Assembly (NCBI RefSeq): GCF_963921235.1
Contig: NC_086103.1
Location: 13,516,001-13,580,000, forward strand
Direction: 5' to 3'
Length of the DNA: 64,000 nt
Source: Mobula hypostoma
Lineage: Eukaryota
The translations under genes were made by a program, and so were the position numbers. A model generated the notes under the pieces. The model was not told where the DNA came from. It did not search any database and saw only the letters and a list, made by a program, of their open reading frames with translations. Of the stretch, positions 1-13,379 are shown piece by piece. How positions within the stretch are numbered: the first letter of the stretch is position 1; each line of letters begins with the position of its first letter.

Positions 1-112
1 TCACCGGCCTATAAGTTCCTGGTTTATTCTTAGAGTCTTTCTTAAACAGTGGAACAACATTAGCTATCCTCCAATCCTCTGGTACCTCACCTGTCACTAA
101 GCATGATTTGAA

Positions 113-435
113 TAGCCTGGCCTGCTGCGTTCACCAGCAACTTTGATGTGTGTTGATTGAATTTCCAGCATCTGCAGAATTCCTTGTGTTTGCGTTTTTA
201 AATTCTCTACTGCGAAGCCTCTTCCGTGATGCCTACACTGAAGAAGTTTAAATCTTCTCTTCGACAGGAGTTCAGTGAAACCATCTCTCACTGCTCCCCA
301 TCAAATCTCTTGCTAGCTCTTCCTTCCGTTAGTCCTGACGAAGGGTCTTGGCCTGAAACGTCGACTGTACTTCTTCCTATAGATGCTGCCTGGCCTGCTG
401 CGTTCACCAGCAACTTTGATGTGTGTTGTTTGAGT
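113..435 (+). mobile_element. Penelope-like terminal-repeat fragment
   Basis: Direct repeat gcctggcctgctgcgttcaccagcaactttgatgtgtgttg at about 115 and 388, typical of the Penelope ends scattered through the window. Confidence 0.6.
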
Positions 436-629
436 ATCTCTGCTGGGCTTTGGCAATTTCTTGTCTCCCACAGGGTCCAAGGGAAAACCTTGTCAGGGCC
501 TGGGGATTTTTCCACCCTAATTTGCCTCAAGACAGCAAACACGTCCTCCCCTGTAATCTGTATCGGGTCCATGACCTCACTGCTGCTTTGCCTCACTTCT
601 GTAGACTCTGCGTCTGTTTCACAAGTAAA

Positions 630-1435
630 TGTCTGTCTGTCTAGGTACCATATCCGATGAGGACGTTGGTGACCATGGTTTTCCATATAGAGCTATCCTT
701 CATTTTTTGGATGACTTCCATTTCCTCGATGTGTAGCCACCTGGCTATGCTTTTGATGTACATAAGCCGAGGTCTTCCTCTAGGTTTGCTCCCCTCAATC
801 TTTCCAGAGAGTATGAGTTTTTCTAGTTCATCTTTCCGCATGATGTGTCCTAGGAATCTGAGTTGTCTTTCTCTTATTGTTGGTATGAGTGATCAAACTG
901 CTTGGGTTCTTCTGAGAACTTCTTCATTTGATGTGTGTGTGGTCCATGATATTTTTAACAATCTCCTGTAGAACCATAATTCAGCTGCTTCTAGTCTCTT
1001 TTCCATTGCTGGGAAAATGGTCCAGCATTCACTTCCATAAGTCAGGATAGAATAAATGTAGCACTGCAGTATTCTGTTCTTAGTGTACGTGCTCATCTTT
1101 CTGTCTGTTAATATGCTCTTCATTTTTTGGAAAGCTTCTTTTGCCATTGCTATTCTGTATTTGATATCTGTGTCACACCTGCCATCACTTGTTATCAGGC
1201 TGTCAAGATATTTGAATTTGTTGACTTGTTTGATGTTTGTATTTCCGATCTTGATCACACATTGCGGGATGTTTGTCTTTCTGGAGATGACCATGCTTTC
1301 TGTCTTCTTGGTGTTGATTGAGAGGCCTCTGCGATTACTTTCTGCTGCCACTATAGTGAGTAGTCCTTGAAGTTTTGTTTCTGAGTCAGCTATTAGTACG
1401 ATGTCATCAGCAAGTAAACACAGATGCAAAAAATA
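630..1435 (-). mobile_element. RTE-clade LINE 3' fragment (RT)
   Basis: LADDIVLIA, KFKYL, LTYGSECW and GKIEGSKPRGRPR motifs, with a microsatellite tail. Confidence 0.85.
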
Positions 1436-4088
1436 CATTTAAGATCTCCTCCATCTTTTTGGCTTCATGCAGAGATTACCATGCTGATCTTCCAGATGAC
1501 CAATTTGGTCCCTTGCAATCCTGTTGCTCTTACAGTTCCTCAGTTTCTCCTTCACCTTGTCTGCTAGGGCAACCTCATGCCTTCTTGTAGCCTCCTGATT
1601 TCATTCTTACGTGTTCTCTTGCATTTCTTATGCTCTTCAAGTACCACCTTTGTCCTTACATGCCTATACCTGCTATACATCTGTTTTTTTTTCTTAACCA
1701 GGGGCTTCAATATCTCTTGAAAACCAAGGTTACCTAAACCTATCCTTGCCTGACAGGCACATACGAGCTTTGTATTCTCAAAATTCCTCTTTTGATGGCC
1801 TCCCACTTACCAAGTACACCTTTGCCAGAAAACAGCTCGTCCCAATCCACACTTGCCAGATCCTTTCTGATACCATCAGAATTGGCCTTTTGTCCAATTT
1901 AGAACTTCAACCAAAGGACCAGACGTTTCCTTTTCCATAATTACATTGAAACTAATGCCATCATAATCATTAGATGCAAAGTGTTCCCTACACAGACTTG
2001 TGTCACCTGCCCTGTCTCGTTCCCTAACAGCAGATCCAGCATCTTGTTGGGACTTCTATGTACTGTTTAAGGTAACTTCCCTGAACACGTTTGACAAACT
2101 CTAGTCCTTTTACAATGTGGGAGTCACAGTCAATACATGGAAAGTTAAAATCACCTACTATCACAACCTTATGTTCCTTGCAACAGTCTGCAATCTCTCT
2201 ACAAAGTTGTTCCTCTAAGTCTCTCTGACTGTTGGGTGGTCTGTAATAGAGCCCCATCAACATGGTCATACCTTTCTTATTCCTCATTTCGACCCATAAC
2301 GCCTCACTAAATGAGTTTTCCAGTCTGTCCTGATGGAGCACTGCCGTGACATTTTCCCGGACAAGTAACACCACCCCCTCCTCCTTTAATCCTTCCCACT
2401 GTTTTGTCTAAAACAACGGAACCCTGAAATATAGAGTCAGTCCTGCCCCTCTTGCAACCGAGTCTCAGTAATGGCTACAATATCATAATTCCAGGTGTTG
2501 ACACATGCCTTGTGCATTTGTACAGCACATATACAGTACTCATTGTAATTTATAGTTTTCAAATTATGTATTCCAATGTACTGCTGCCGCAAAACAACAA
2601 ATTTCACGACGTATGCCAAACAAGAGAAAACCTGCAGATGCTGGAAGTCCGAGCAACACAAACAAAATGCTAGAGGAACTCAGCAGGCCAGGCAGCATCT
2701 GTGGAAAGAGTACAGTCGATGTTTCAGGCCAAAAGCCTTGGGCAGGACTGGAGAAAAAAAAGCTGAGGGGTAGATTTAAAAGGAGGGGAGAGGGAAACAC
2801 AAGGTGATAGGTGAAACCGGGAGGGGGAGGGATGAAGTAGAGAGCTGGGAAGTTGATATGAAAGGAGATACAGGGCTGGAGAAGGGAGAGTCTAATAGAA
2901 GAGGACAGAAGACCATGGAAGAAAGGGGGGAGGAGCACCAGAGGGAGGCGATGGGCCTCATGACATGTCGGTGATATTAAAGCTGATTTTGATTCATAGA
3001 GTCAAGGCCTCCCGCTGAGTCCATCTGACTGTCATGAATTGATGTGATTCAATCAGTGTGAACGGTATGAATATTTGAGAGAAATTTAGATAGGTACATG
3101 GAGAAGAGGGGTGTGGTGGGCTATGTTCTGGGTGCAGGCTGATGGGAGTAGTTTGCCATGCACTAGATGGGCTGAGTGGCCTGCTTTCATGCTGCCACAA
3201 CTCTACAAGCCTTGTGTCTCAGAGCTCTTCTTCCTGCCACCAAGCCGATTCAACACCAGGCACCTACTGATGTGACTTTTCACCTGAACTGGTGAGAGGT
3301 GAGACGAGAACTCGAGGTCATGGGTTAAGGGTGAAGGGTGAAATGTTTAGGGGGAGGCGGAGGGGGATCTCCTTCACGCAGAGGGTGGTGAGAGTATGGA
3401 ACGAACGGCCAGTGGAATCTGAATCCGAATCAGAACCAGGCTTAATATCACTGGCATATGTTGTGAAACTTGTTGTTTTGGGGCAGCAGTACATAATAAA
3501 ATATCTGAAAATCACAATAAAAATATATATTGGAAATTTAATTAAATAAGTAGCACAAAAAGTGAGGGAAAAAGCTGGGGCAGAGCTTATAGGTTCATTG
3601 TCCATTCAGAAATCTGATGGCGACGAACTGTAACCGAAACATTGAGTGTGGGTCTTCAGGCTCCTGTACCTCCTCCCTGGTGGTAGCGATGAGAAGAGGG
3701 CACCTCCTGGGTGATGGGGGCTTTAAAGAACGGTGGACATGGCTTTGACTGCAAGGTTTAAGAGAAAATTAGATCAGTACATGGATGGGAAGGGAGTGGT
3801 CTGAGTGCAGGTCAATGGGACCAGGCAGATTGACAGTTTAGCATGGACTAGATGGGCTGAAGGGCCTGTATCTGTGCTGTAGTGCTCTACGACACGATGC
3901 CTTTCACTATATCCCCATAGTGTGACAACAATAACACAAATCTAGTTGGAATTCCAATTCCAGACAACTGAGTGGCAGAATAGCAGTCGAAGGGCTGAAT
4001 GGCCTCTTACCCTGAACTGATCTGTTTGGATAAAGCCAGCCTGCATCGGGAAAGAGAAATCAGTGCTGGAGCCAGGCTTAAATTCTCA

Positions 4089-5870
4089 GCACAAGAGATT
4101 CGGCAGGTGCTGGAAATCCAGAGCAAGTCACACAAGGTAAGGACAGGTGAGACCGGGTGAGGGGGAAGATGGGTGGGTGGGGGAGGCGGATGAAGTGAGA
4201 CACTGGGTGGTGATAGGTGAGACCAGGTGAGGGGGAAGATGGGTGGGTGGGAGAGGGGGATGAAGTGAGACACTGGGAGGTGATAGGTGAGACCAGGTGA
4301 GGGGGAAGGTGGGTGGGTGGGGGGGGATGAAGTGAGACACTGGGAGGTGATAGGTGAGACCAGGTGAGGGGGAAGGTGGGTGGGTGGGGGGGGATGAAGT
4401 GAGACACTGGGAGGTGATAGGTGAGACCAGGTGAGGGGGAAGGTGGGTGGGTGGGAGAGGGGGATGAAGTGAGACACTGGGAGGTGATAGGTGAGACCAG
4501 GTGAGGGGAAGGTGGGTGGGGAGGGGGGATGAAGTGAGACACTGGGAGGTGATAGGTGAGACCAGGTGAGGGGGAAGGTGGGTGGGTGGGAGAGGGGGAT
4601 GAAGTGAGACACTGGGTGGTGATAGGTGAGACCAGGTGAGGGGGAGGTGGGTGGGGAGGGGGGATGAAGTGAGACACTGGGAGGTGATAGGTGAGACCAG
4701 GTGAGGGGGAAGGTGGGTGGGTGGGGGGGATGAAGTGAGACACTGGGAGGTGATAGGTGAGACCAGGTGAGGGGGAAGGTGGGTGGGTGGGGGGGGATGA
4801 AGTGAGACACTGGGAGGTGATAGGTGAGACCAGGTGAGGGGGAAGGTGGGTGGGTGGGAGAGGGGGATGAAGTGAGACACTGGGAGGTGATAGGTGAGAC
4901 CAGGTGAGGAGGAAGGTGGGTGGGGAGGGGGGATGAAGTGAGACACTGGGAGGTGATAGGTGAGACCAGGTGAGGGGGAAGGTGGGTGGGTGGGAGAGGG
5001 GGATGAAGTGAGACACTGGGTGGTGATAGGTGAGACCAGGTGAGGGGGAGGTGGGTGGGGAGGGGGGATGAAGTGAGACACTGGGAGGTGATAGGTGAGA
5101 CCAGGTGAGGGGGAAGGTGGGTGCGTGGGGGGGGATGAAGTGAGACACTGGGAGGTGATAGGTGAGACCAGGTGAGGGGGAAGGTGGGTGGGTGGGGGGG
5201 GGATGAAGTGAGACACTGGGAGGTGATAGGTGAGACCAGGTGAGGAGGAAGGTGGGTGGGGAGGGGGGATGAAGTGAGACACTGGGAGGTGATAGGTGAG
5301 ACCAGGTGAGGGGGAAGGTGGGTGGGTGGGGAGGGGGGATGAAGTGAGACACTGGGAGGTGATAGGTGAGACCAGGTGAGGGGGAAGGTGGGTGGGTGGG
5401 GGGGGGGATGAAGTGAGACACTGGGAGGTGATAGGTGAGACCAGGTGAGGGGGAAGGTGGGTGGGTGGGGGGGGATGAAGTGAGACACTGGGAGGTGATA
5501 GGTGAGACCAGGTGAGGGGGAAGGTGGGTGGGTGGGAGAGGGGGATGAAGTGAGACACTGGGTGGTGATAGGTGAGACCAGGTGAGGGGGAGGTGGGTGG
5601 GGAGGGGGGATGAAGTGAGACACTGGGAGGTGATAGGTGAGACCAGGTGAGGGGGAGGGTGGGGAAGACGGATGAGGTGAGAAGCTGGGAGGTGATAGGT
5701 GGAAAAGGTAAAAGGCAGGAGAAGAGGGAATCTGATAAGAGAGGAGAGTGGACCAAGGGAGAAAGGGATGGAGGAGGGGCCCTAGATGGAGATGATCGGC
5801 TGGTAAGGAGAAAAGAAGGGGTGAGATGGAGAACCAGACTTGGGAATAGAAGAAGGGAGGGAGGGATGAG
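4089..5870 (-). mobile_element. Penelope-derived element with internal minisatellite (copy A)
   Basis: Its ends are the reverse complement of the copy at 11650-12922 (shared terminus tctggatttccagca...tctcttgtgc). Confidence 0.6.
4140..5650 (+). repeat. G-rich minisatellite, ~63-68 bp unit, ~23 copies
   Basis: Unit tgaagtgagacactgggaggtgataggtgagaccaggtgagggggaaggtgggtgggtggggggga. It explains the long Pro/His/Ser pseudo-ORFs. Confidence 0.95.
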
Positions 5871-6044
5871 AGCAACTGTACTTTTCCTTTCTCGCTGCTT
5901 ATTCTGGCTGCCGCCCCCTCCCTACCCAGTGCTGATGAAGGGTCTTGGCTGAGAAACATCAACTGTTTATACCAATCAGGAACTTGGGCTGTATTATTAT
6001 TTATTTTCTGACAGTATGTTGTTTCCTGCTATCATCACAATCAC

Positions 6045-7430
6045 AAGATCACAAGACAATGGAGCAGAAGTAGGCCATTCAGCCCATCAAGTCTGCTCCG
6101 CCACTCCACCATGAGCTAAACTATTCTCCCATCTAGTTCCAATTTCTGGCTTTTTCCCCATACCCCTTGATACCCTGACTAATTAGATAGCTATCAATCT
6201 CCTCCTTAAACACTCTCAATGATTGTCCTCCACAGCTGTATGTGGCAACAAATCCCATCAATCCTCGACTCTCTGGCTAAAAAAATTTCTCCTCATCTCT
6301 GTTTTAAATGGGTACCCTCTAATTCTAAGACTATGGCCTCTTGCCCTGGACTCACCCACCAAGGGAAACAGCCTTTCCACATCTACTCTGTCCAACACTT
6401 TCAACATTCGAAATGTTTCTATGAGATCCCCTCTCATTCTTTACTGTAATGAATACAATCCAAGAGCCGACAAATGCTTCTCATATGTTAGCCCCAGCAT
6501 TCCAGGAATTATCCTTGTAAATCTTCTCTGAACTCTCTCCAACACAGTACATCCCTTCTAAGATAGGGGGCCCAAAACTGCACACAATATTCCAAATGTG
6601 GTCTCACCGGTGCCCCATAGAGCCTCATCACCACCTCCTTACTCTTATACACTATTCCTCTTGAAATGAATGCCAACCTAGCATTCGCTTTCCTTACTGC
6701 CGATCCAACCTGGTGGTTAACCTTTAGGGTATCCTGCACGAGGACCCTATTTGAAAAAACTCTTAGTATCCTTTTTTATGTTAATTGCCAACTTCCTTTA
6801 TTAATTCATCTTTTCTTTCCTAATGACTTTCTTAGTTTCCTTCTGTAAGTTTTTAAAAGTCGTCCAATCCTCAGTTTCCCCACTAATTTTTGCTTCCTTG
6901 TACGCCGTCTCTTCTGCTTTTATTTTAGCCTTAACCTCTCTCATTAGCCACACTTGTGCCATTTTTCCATTCACGATTTTCTTTTTTCTTGGAGTATAGT
7001 TTTCCTGCACTTTCCTTATTTCTTGTAGGAATTTCATCCAATTCTGCTCTACCGTCCCTCCAGCTACCTTACTTTTCCAATCGACTTGGGCCAGTTCCTC
7101 TCTCATACCACTGTAATTTCCTTTGTTCCACTGAAATATCGATACACCCGATACCAGCTTCTCCTTTTCAAATTTGAAACTGAACTCAGTCATATTATGA
7201 TCACCACTTCCAAGGGGTTCCGTTACCTCCGTCTCCCGAATCGCCTCAGGTTCGTTACACAGCACCCAATCCAAAACAGCCGGTCCCCCGGTGGGCTTCT
7301 GGACAAGCTGCTCCAAAAAGCCATCCTGTAGGCATTCTACAAACTCCCTCTCCTGAGATCCATTACCTTTCCTGACTTTCCCAATCCACTTTCATATTAA
7401 AATCCCCCATAATTATCTTGACAGTTTCCT
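6045..7430 (-). mobile_element. CR1 LINE fragment
   Basis: RPHLEYCVQFWAP and LDWVLCNEP motifs plus a CR1 3' tail. Confidence 0.8.
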
Positions 7431-7685
7431 AACTGTATGTGCTATGTGTTGTGTGTAACTTGGTACTGTTGCTTTTGCACCTTGACCGGAGAGGAACACT
7501 GCTTTATTTGGCTGTGTTCATGTATATTATAACTGAATGACAATAAACTTGAAGCTGAATTTATTCCTCTGCATTGATGTTGCCTGACCTGCTGAGTTTG
7601 TGTGCGGGTGTTACTCGAGAGTTAATTCCTGGCTTGGGTCGGACGCTTTCGCTCCTACTGGTTGAAGCCTCCCGGGAGCCGCCAG

Positions 7686-7719
7686 TCATTGGCTGAGTGG
7701 TGACTCATCAGTTGCTGGG
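7686..7719 (-). promoter_or_regulatory. MHC-II-type X1-X2 box with adjacent CCAAT
   Basis: The minus strand reads CCCAGCAACTGATGAGTCACCACTCAGCCAATG. X1 matches HLA-DRA CCTAGCAACAGATG at 12/14, overlaps a TGAGTCA X2, and is followed by CCAAT. Confidence 0.55.
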
Positions 7720-9517
7720 CAGAGGTTGGTGGATGAGACGGAGTTTCGGAGACTCAAACCAAGACCCGTAATTTACCGCTAAACAGCCGCGGCGCTCACT
7801 CCAAAATCAGAGTCGAGTTTCATTGTCACGCCTTGAGCATAGGTGCAATTAAAAACTTACCTACAGCACCATCACAGGCACATTGCATCAGATAAGCAGC
7901 ATCCACAAGATACATCATAAGAGGGAGATTTGAGAGCTTTATTTATCTCGAAACATACAGTGAACTGCGCCGTATGCGTCAACAACCAACACAGTCCGAG
8001 GATGTGCCGGGGGTAGCCGGCAAGGGTCGCCACACAAACACAGCATGTCCACACAAAACGCTGGAGAAGCTCAGCAGATCAGGCAGCATCTGTGGAGCGG
8101 GATAAATAGTCAACATTTTTGGTTATGTCTATGGGACTAGGCAGAATAACAGTTCAACATGGACAAGATGGGCTGAAGGGCCGGTTTCTGTGCTGGTGTG
8201 CTCTCTGACCACGAGGATGGCTGTCTCCCCCCTGCCCAGTGTAGTTGGTCAGTACGGCTCTGCTGTGCTGATGGAGCATGTCCTCAGGGTTAGGGTGGAA
8301 CACCTTGCACCCATTCCTGCTGGAGCGGCCAGCCTTAGGCTCCAATTCCCCCCGAAAGGAAGCAACGGATTGGTGGGATGGCCGAGGGAGACGGCGAGCA
8401 GACGATCCTGATTGGCCTCTGGCTGCTGAGTCACCAGTTTCTGGGTGAAAGCTGTTTCAGGAGGTGATTTTTCAGAAGGTGCATCAATATTTGCTACAGC
8501 AGTTTGACTGGTTTTGTCCTTTGCTTCCCAACACCTTAACTAATCAGTATATAATTACCATTCAGAATCTGTATTCGAATCCGGGACTGGATCAGAGCCA
8601 GGGTCAGGATCATATGTGACAAAATTTGTTGTTTTGTGGCAGCATTATAGTGCAAGACATGAAAACAGAATAAAAAATATAAAATCGAAAAATTACCGCA
8701 AAAAGAAAGCAAAATAGTGATGTGGTTTGCATGGGTTCATTGTCCATTTAGCGGAGGGAAGAAGCTGTTTCTGAATCATTGAGCGTGAGTCTTCAGGCTC
8801 CTGTACCTCCTTCCTGATGGTCATAATGAGAACATTATAGTGAGATATTGTTCATGGGTTCATTGTCCATTCAGAAATCTGATGGCATTCCTAAAGAAGC
8901 TGTTCCTGAATCATTGAGCGTGAGTCTTCAGGCTCCTGTACCTCCTCCCTGATGGTAGCGATGAGAAGAGGCCATGTCCTGGGTGATGGGGGTCCTTAAT
9001 GATGGATGCTGCCTTTTTGAAGCATTGTCTTTTGAAGATGTCCTGTATGCTGGGGAGGCTGGTGTCCATGGAGCTGGCTGAGTTTACAGCTTTCTGCAGC
9101 TTTTTCTGATCCTGTGCAGTGACCCCTCCACTGGGTCAAAGTCAAAATAAATTTATTATCGAAGTACATATATGTCACCATATACTAAGCTGAGATTCAT
9201 ATCCTTGCAGGCATTTACAGGAAAATGAGGAAATACTGTAGATTTTATAAAAAATGATACGAAAACAAAGACTGACAAAGAATCAACGTGCAAAAGAAGA
9301 CAAACTATGAATACAATAAGACTGAGAACATGCGTGGTAGTGTCCATAAGAGAGAGTCTGTAGGTGGTGGAAGTAGCTGAGTGAAGTTATCCACACTGAA
9401 GGGTGGTGGGTGTATAAACAGGCTGTCGGAGCAAGTGGTCAAGGTGGGCACAATTATAATGTCTGAGAGGAAATGAGGGATATGGGCCCAATGCAGGTAG
9501 CCAGAGAAAGTGGCCCA

Positions 9518-11460
9518 CCTGAGGCCTGGGAGAAATTCAGAGTTCAGCAGAGGAGGACAAAGGGCTTAATTAGGAAAGGGGAAAAAAGATTATGAGAGAA
9601 AACTGGCAGGGAACATAAAAACTGACTGTAAAAGCTTTTATAGATATGTAAAAAGGAAAAGACTGGTAAAGACAAATGTAGGTCCCCTACAGACAGAAAC
9701 AGGTGAATTGATTATGGGGAACAAGGACATGGCAGACCAATTGAATAATTACTTTGGTTCTGTCTTCACTAAGGAGGACATAAATAATCTTCCAGAAATA
9801 GTAGGGGACAGAGGGTCCAGTGAGATGGAGGAACTGAGGGAAATACATGTTAGTAGGGAAGTGGTGTTAGGTAAATTGAAGGGATTAAAGGCAGATAAAT
9901 CCCCCGGGCCAGATGGTCTGCATCCCAGAGTGCTTAAGGAATAGCCCAAGAAATAGTGGATGCATTAGTGATAATTTTTCAAAACTTGTTAGATTCTGGA
10001 CTAGTTCCTGAGGATTGGAGGGTGGCTAATGTAACCCCACTTTTTAAAAAAGGAGGGAGAGAGAAACCGGGGAATTATAGACCAGTTAGCCTAACGTCGG
10101 TGGTGGGGAAACTGCTGGAGTCAGTTATCAAAGATGTGATAACAGCACATTTGGAAAGCGGTGAAATCATCGGACAAAGTCAGCATGGATTTGTGAAAGG
10201 AAAGTCATGTCTGACGAATCTCATAGAATTTTTTGAGGATGTAACTAGTAGAGTGGATAGGGGAGAACCAGTGGATGTGGTATATTTGGATTTTCAAAAG
10301 GCTTTTGACAAGGTCCCACACAGGAGATTAGTGTGCAAACTTAAAGCACACGGTATTGGAGGTAAGGTATTGATGTGGATAGAGAATTGGTTAGCAGACA
10401 GGAAGCAAAGATTGGGAATAAACGGGACCTTTTCAGAATGGCAGGCAGTGACTAGTGGGGTACCGCAAGGCTCAGTGCTGGGACCCCAGTTGTTTACAAT
10501 ATATATTAATGACTTGGATGAGGGAATTAAATGCAGCATCTCCAAGTTTGCGGATGACACGAAGCTGGGCGGCAGTGTTAGGTGTGAGGAGGATGCTAAG
10601 AGAATGCAGAGTGACTTGGATAGGTTGGGTGAGTGGGCAAACTCATGGCAGATGCAATTTAATGTGGATAAATGTGAAGTTATCCACTTTGGTGGCAAAA
10701 ATAGGAAAACAGATTATTATCTGAATGGTGGCCGATTAGGAAAAGGGGAGGTGCAACGAGACCTGGGTGTCATTATACACCAGTCATTGAAAGTGGGCAT
10801 GCAGGTACAGCAGGCGGTGAAAAAGGCAAATGGTATGCTGGCATTTATAGCAAGAGGATTCGAGTACAGGAGCAGGGAGGTACTACTGCAGTTGTACAAG
10901 GCCTTGGTGAGACCACACCTGGAGTATTGTGTGCAGTTTTGGTCCCCTAATCTGAGGAAAGACATCCTTGCCATAGAGGGAGTACAAAGAAGGTTCACCA
11001 GATTGATTCCTGGGATGGCAGGACTTTCATATGAAGAAAGACTGGATGAACTGGGCTTGTACTCGTTGGAATTTAGAAGATTGAGGGGGGATCTGATTGA
11101 AATGTATAAAATCCTAAAGGGATTGGACAGGCTAGATGCAGGAAGATTGTTCCCGATGTTGGGGAAGTCCAGAACGAGGGGTCACGGTTTGAGGATAAAG
11201 GGGAAGCCTTTTAGGACCGAGATTAGGAAAAACTTCTTCACACAGTGAGTGGTGAATCTGTGGAATTCTCTGCCACAGGAAACAGTTGAGGCCAGTTCAT
11301 TGTCTATATTTAAGAGGGAGTTAGATATGGCCCTTGTGGCTACGGGGATCAGAGGGTATGGAGGGAAGGCTGGTGCAGGGTTCTGAGTTGGATGATCAGC
11401 CATGATCATAATAAATGGCGGTGCAGGCTCGAGGGGCCGAATGGCCTACTCCTGCACCTA
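9518..11460 (+). mobile_element. Young 5'-truncated CR1 LINE (RT domain, ORF 9956-11248)
   Basis: GVPQGSVLGPQLF and FADDTKL RT motifs. Frameshift near 9940 and premature TGA at 11246. Confidence 0.93.
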
Positions 11461-11649
11461 TCTTGGTCAACCTGGTGAGGATGGGCTGATGGGCCTGTTT
11501 GCGTGTGGTATAACTCTTATGGGTCCAAACATTAATTAGCATCATGGATGTCACACTGCTGTATTCTTCCATGTTTGATTGAGTAGATCGGCAAGGTGCG
11601 GAAGGACTAATGTGGCTAGGGGCACTCCATTCTCTCTCCCCATCCTAAC

Positions 11650-12922
11650 AGGGGAAACGTAATTCCCCATTTTGATTCCCCTCTCGCCCCTCCTCTTCTC
11701 CTCACCTGTTTTCCACCTTCCTCTTCCTTCCCTTTCTGCATAATGGCATGAACATTGAATTCTGCCACTTCTGGCAATTTCTTCCCCCCCCACCAACTTT
11801 CCTTTTCCATTCCCCATTCTGGCTCCTCTTTAACCCCTTCTCTTCTTCTCACCTGTCTATCACATCCCCAGTTCATCCTTCCCTTTCTCCCTTGGTCCAC
11901 TCTTCTCTCCTATCGGATTCCTTCTTCTCGAGCTCTTGACCTTTTCCACCTATCACCTCCCAGTGTCTCACTTCATCTCCCTCCCCACCCACCCACCTTC
12001 CCCCTCACCTGGTCTCACCTATCACCTCCCAGTGTCTCACTTCATCCCCCCTCCCCACCCACCCACCTTCCCCCTCACCTGGTCTCACCTATCACCTCCC
12101 AGTGTCTCACTTCATCCCCCCTCCCCACCCACCCACCTTCCCCCTCACCTGGTCTCACCTATCACCTCCCAGTGTCTCACTTCATCCCCCTCCTCCCCAC
12201 CCACCCACCTTCCCCCTCACCTTGTCTCACCTATCACCTCCCAGTGTCTCACTTCATCCCCCTCCCCCACCCACCTTCCCCCCTCACCTGGTCTCACCTA
12301 TCACCTCCCAGTGTCTGACCTCATCCCCCTCTCCCACCCACCCACCTTCCCCCTCACCTGGTCTCACCTATCACCTCCTACTGTATCACCTCATCTCCCC
12401 TCTCCCCACTCCCCACTCCCCACCCACCCATCTTCCCCCTCACCTGGTCTCACCTATGACCTTGCAGTGTCTCACTTCATCCCCCCTCCCCTACACACCT
12501 TCCCCCTCACCTGGTCTCACCTATCACCTCGCAGTGTCTCACTTCATCTGCCTCCCCCACACACCTTCCCCCTCACCTGGTCTCACCTATCATCTCCCAG
12601 TGTCTCACTTCATCCCCCTCCCCCACCCACCTTCCCCCTCACCTGGTCTCACCTATCACCTCCCAGTGTCTCACTTCATCCCCCTCCCTACCCACCTTCT
12701 CCCTCACCTGGTCTCACCAATTATCTTCTAACTAGTCCTCCTTCCAACCCCACCTTCTTATTCTGGCTTCTTCCTCCTTCCTTTCTAATCTTGATGAAGG
12801 GTTTTACCCTGAAACTCAAACTGTTTATTCCTCTCCATAGATGCTGCCTGACCTGCTGAATTCCTCCAGCATTGCGTGTGTGTGTTGTTCTGGATTTCCA
12901 GCATCTGCAAAATCTCTTGTGC
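11650..12922 (+). mobile_element. Penelope-derived element with internal minisatellite (copy B, ~12 units at 11945-12720)
   Basis: C-rich reverse complement of the 4140-5650 unit, followed by a Penelope-type terminus. Confidence 0.65.
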
Positions 12923-13379
12923 TTGTTACAGGCACTTGATGGACATGGTAGGTGTGTTTCAGTTCTCTGTGAGTCTAGGAGAACTTTAGACCACAATGCC
13001 ATATGACATAGGAGCAGAATCAGGCCATTCAGCCCATTGAGCCTGTTCCATCATTCTATCATGTCTGATTTATTATCCCCCTCAATCCCATTCTCCTTCC
13101 TTCCCCCCGTAAACTTTGACACCCTGATTAATCAAGAACTTGTCAACCTTCACTTTAAATACACTCCCAATGACTTGGCCGCCACAACTATCTGTGGCAA
13201 TGAATTCCACAGATTCATCGCTCTCTGGCTAAATAAAAAAAATCATCACCTCCATTCTAAATGGACGTCCCTCTATTCTGAGGCTGTCTCCTCTGGTCCT
13301 AGACTCACCCACTGTTGGAAACATCCTCTCCACCTCGCCCTGACTAATCAAGAACTTCCGCTTTAAATATTTCCACTTT

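Larger units (their letters stand above)
1..2470 (-). mobile_element. Fragmented CR1 LINE, interrupted by Penelope termini and an RTE
   Basis: APE motif VIVGDFNFP (ORF 2024-2374) and CR1 RT-upstream motif KSPGPD (ORF 288-686). Confidence 0.75.

Noticed and set aside
4007-5962. Long Pro/His/Ser-rich ORFs (447-651 aa), also at 11755-12859
   Set aside because: These are translations of a stop-free minisatellite strand, open in several frames.
8378-8463. Alternative CD74 exon 1 candidate MAEGDGEQTILIGLWLLSHQFLGESCFR with an ExxxLI motif and a phase-2 donor
   Set aside because: It has a hydrophobic stretch unlike Ii tails and a weaker donor. Exon 13544-13656 has a better donor, composition and promoter. 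It cannot be fully excluded as a minor first exon.
9956-11248. 430-aa reverse transcriptase ORF as a domesticated gene
   Set aside because: An ordinary 5'-truncated CR1 copy with a frameshift, a premature stop and a near-identical sibling in the window.
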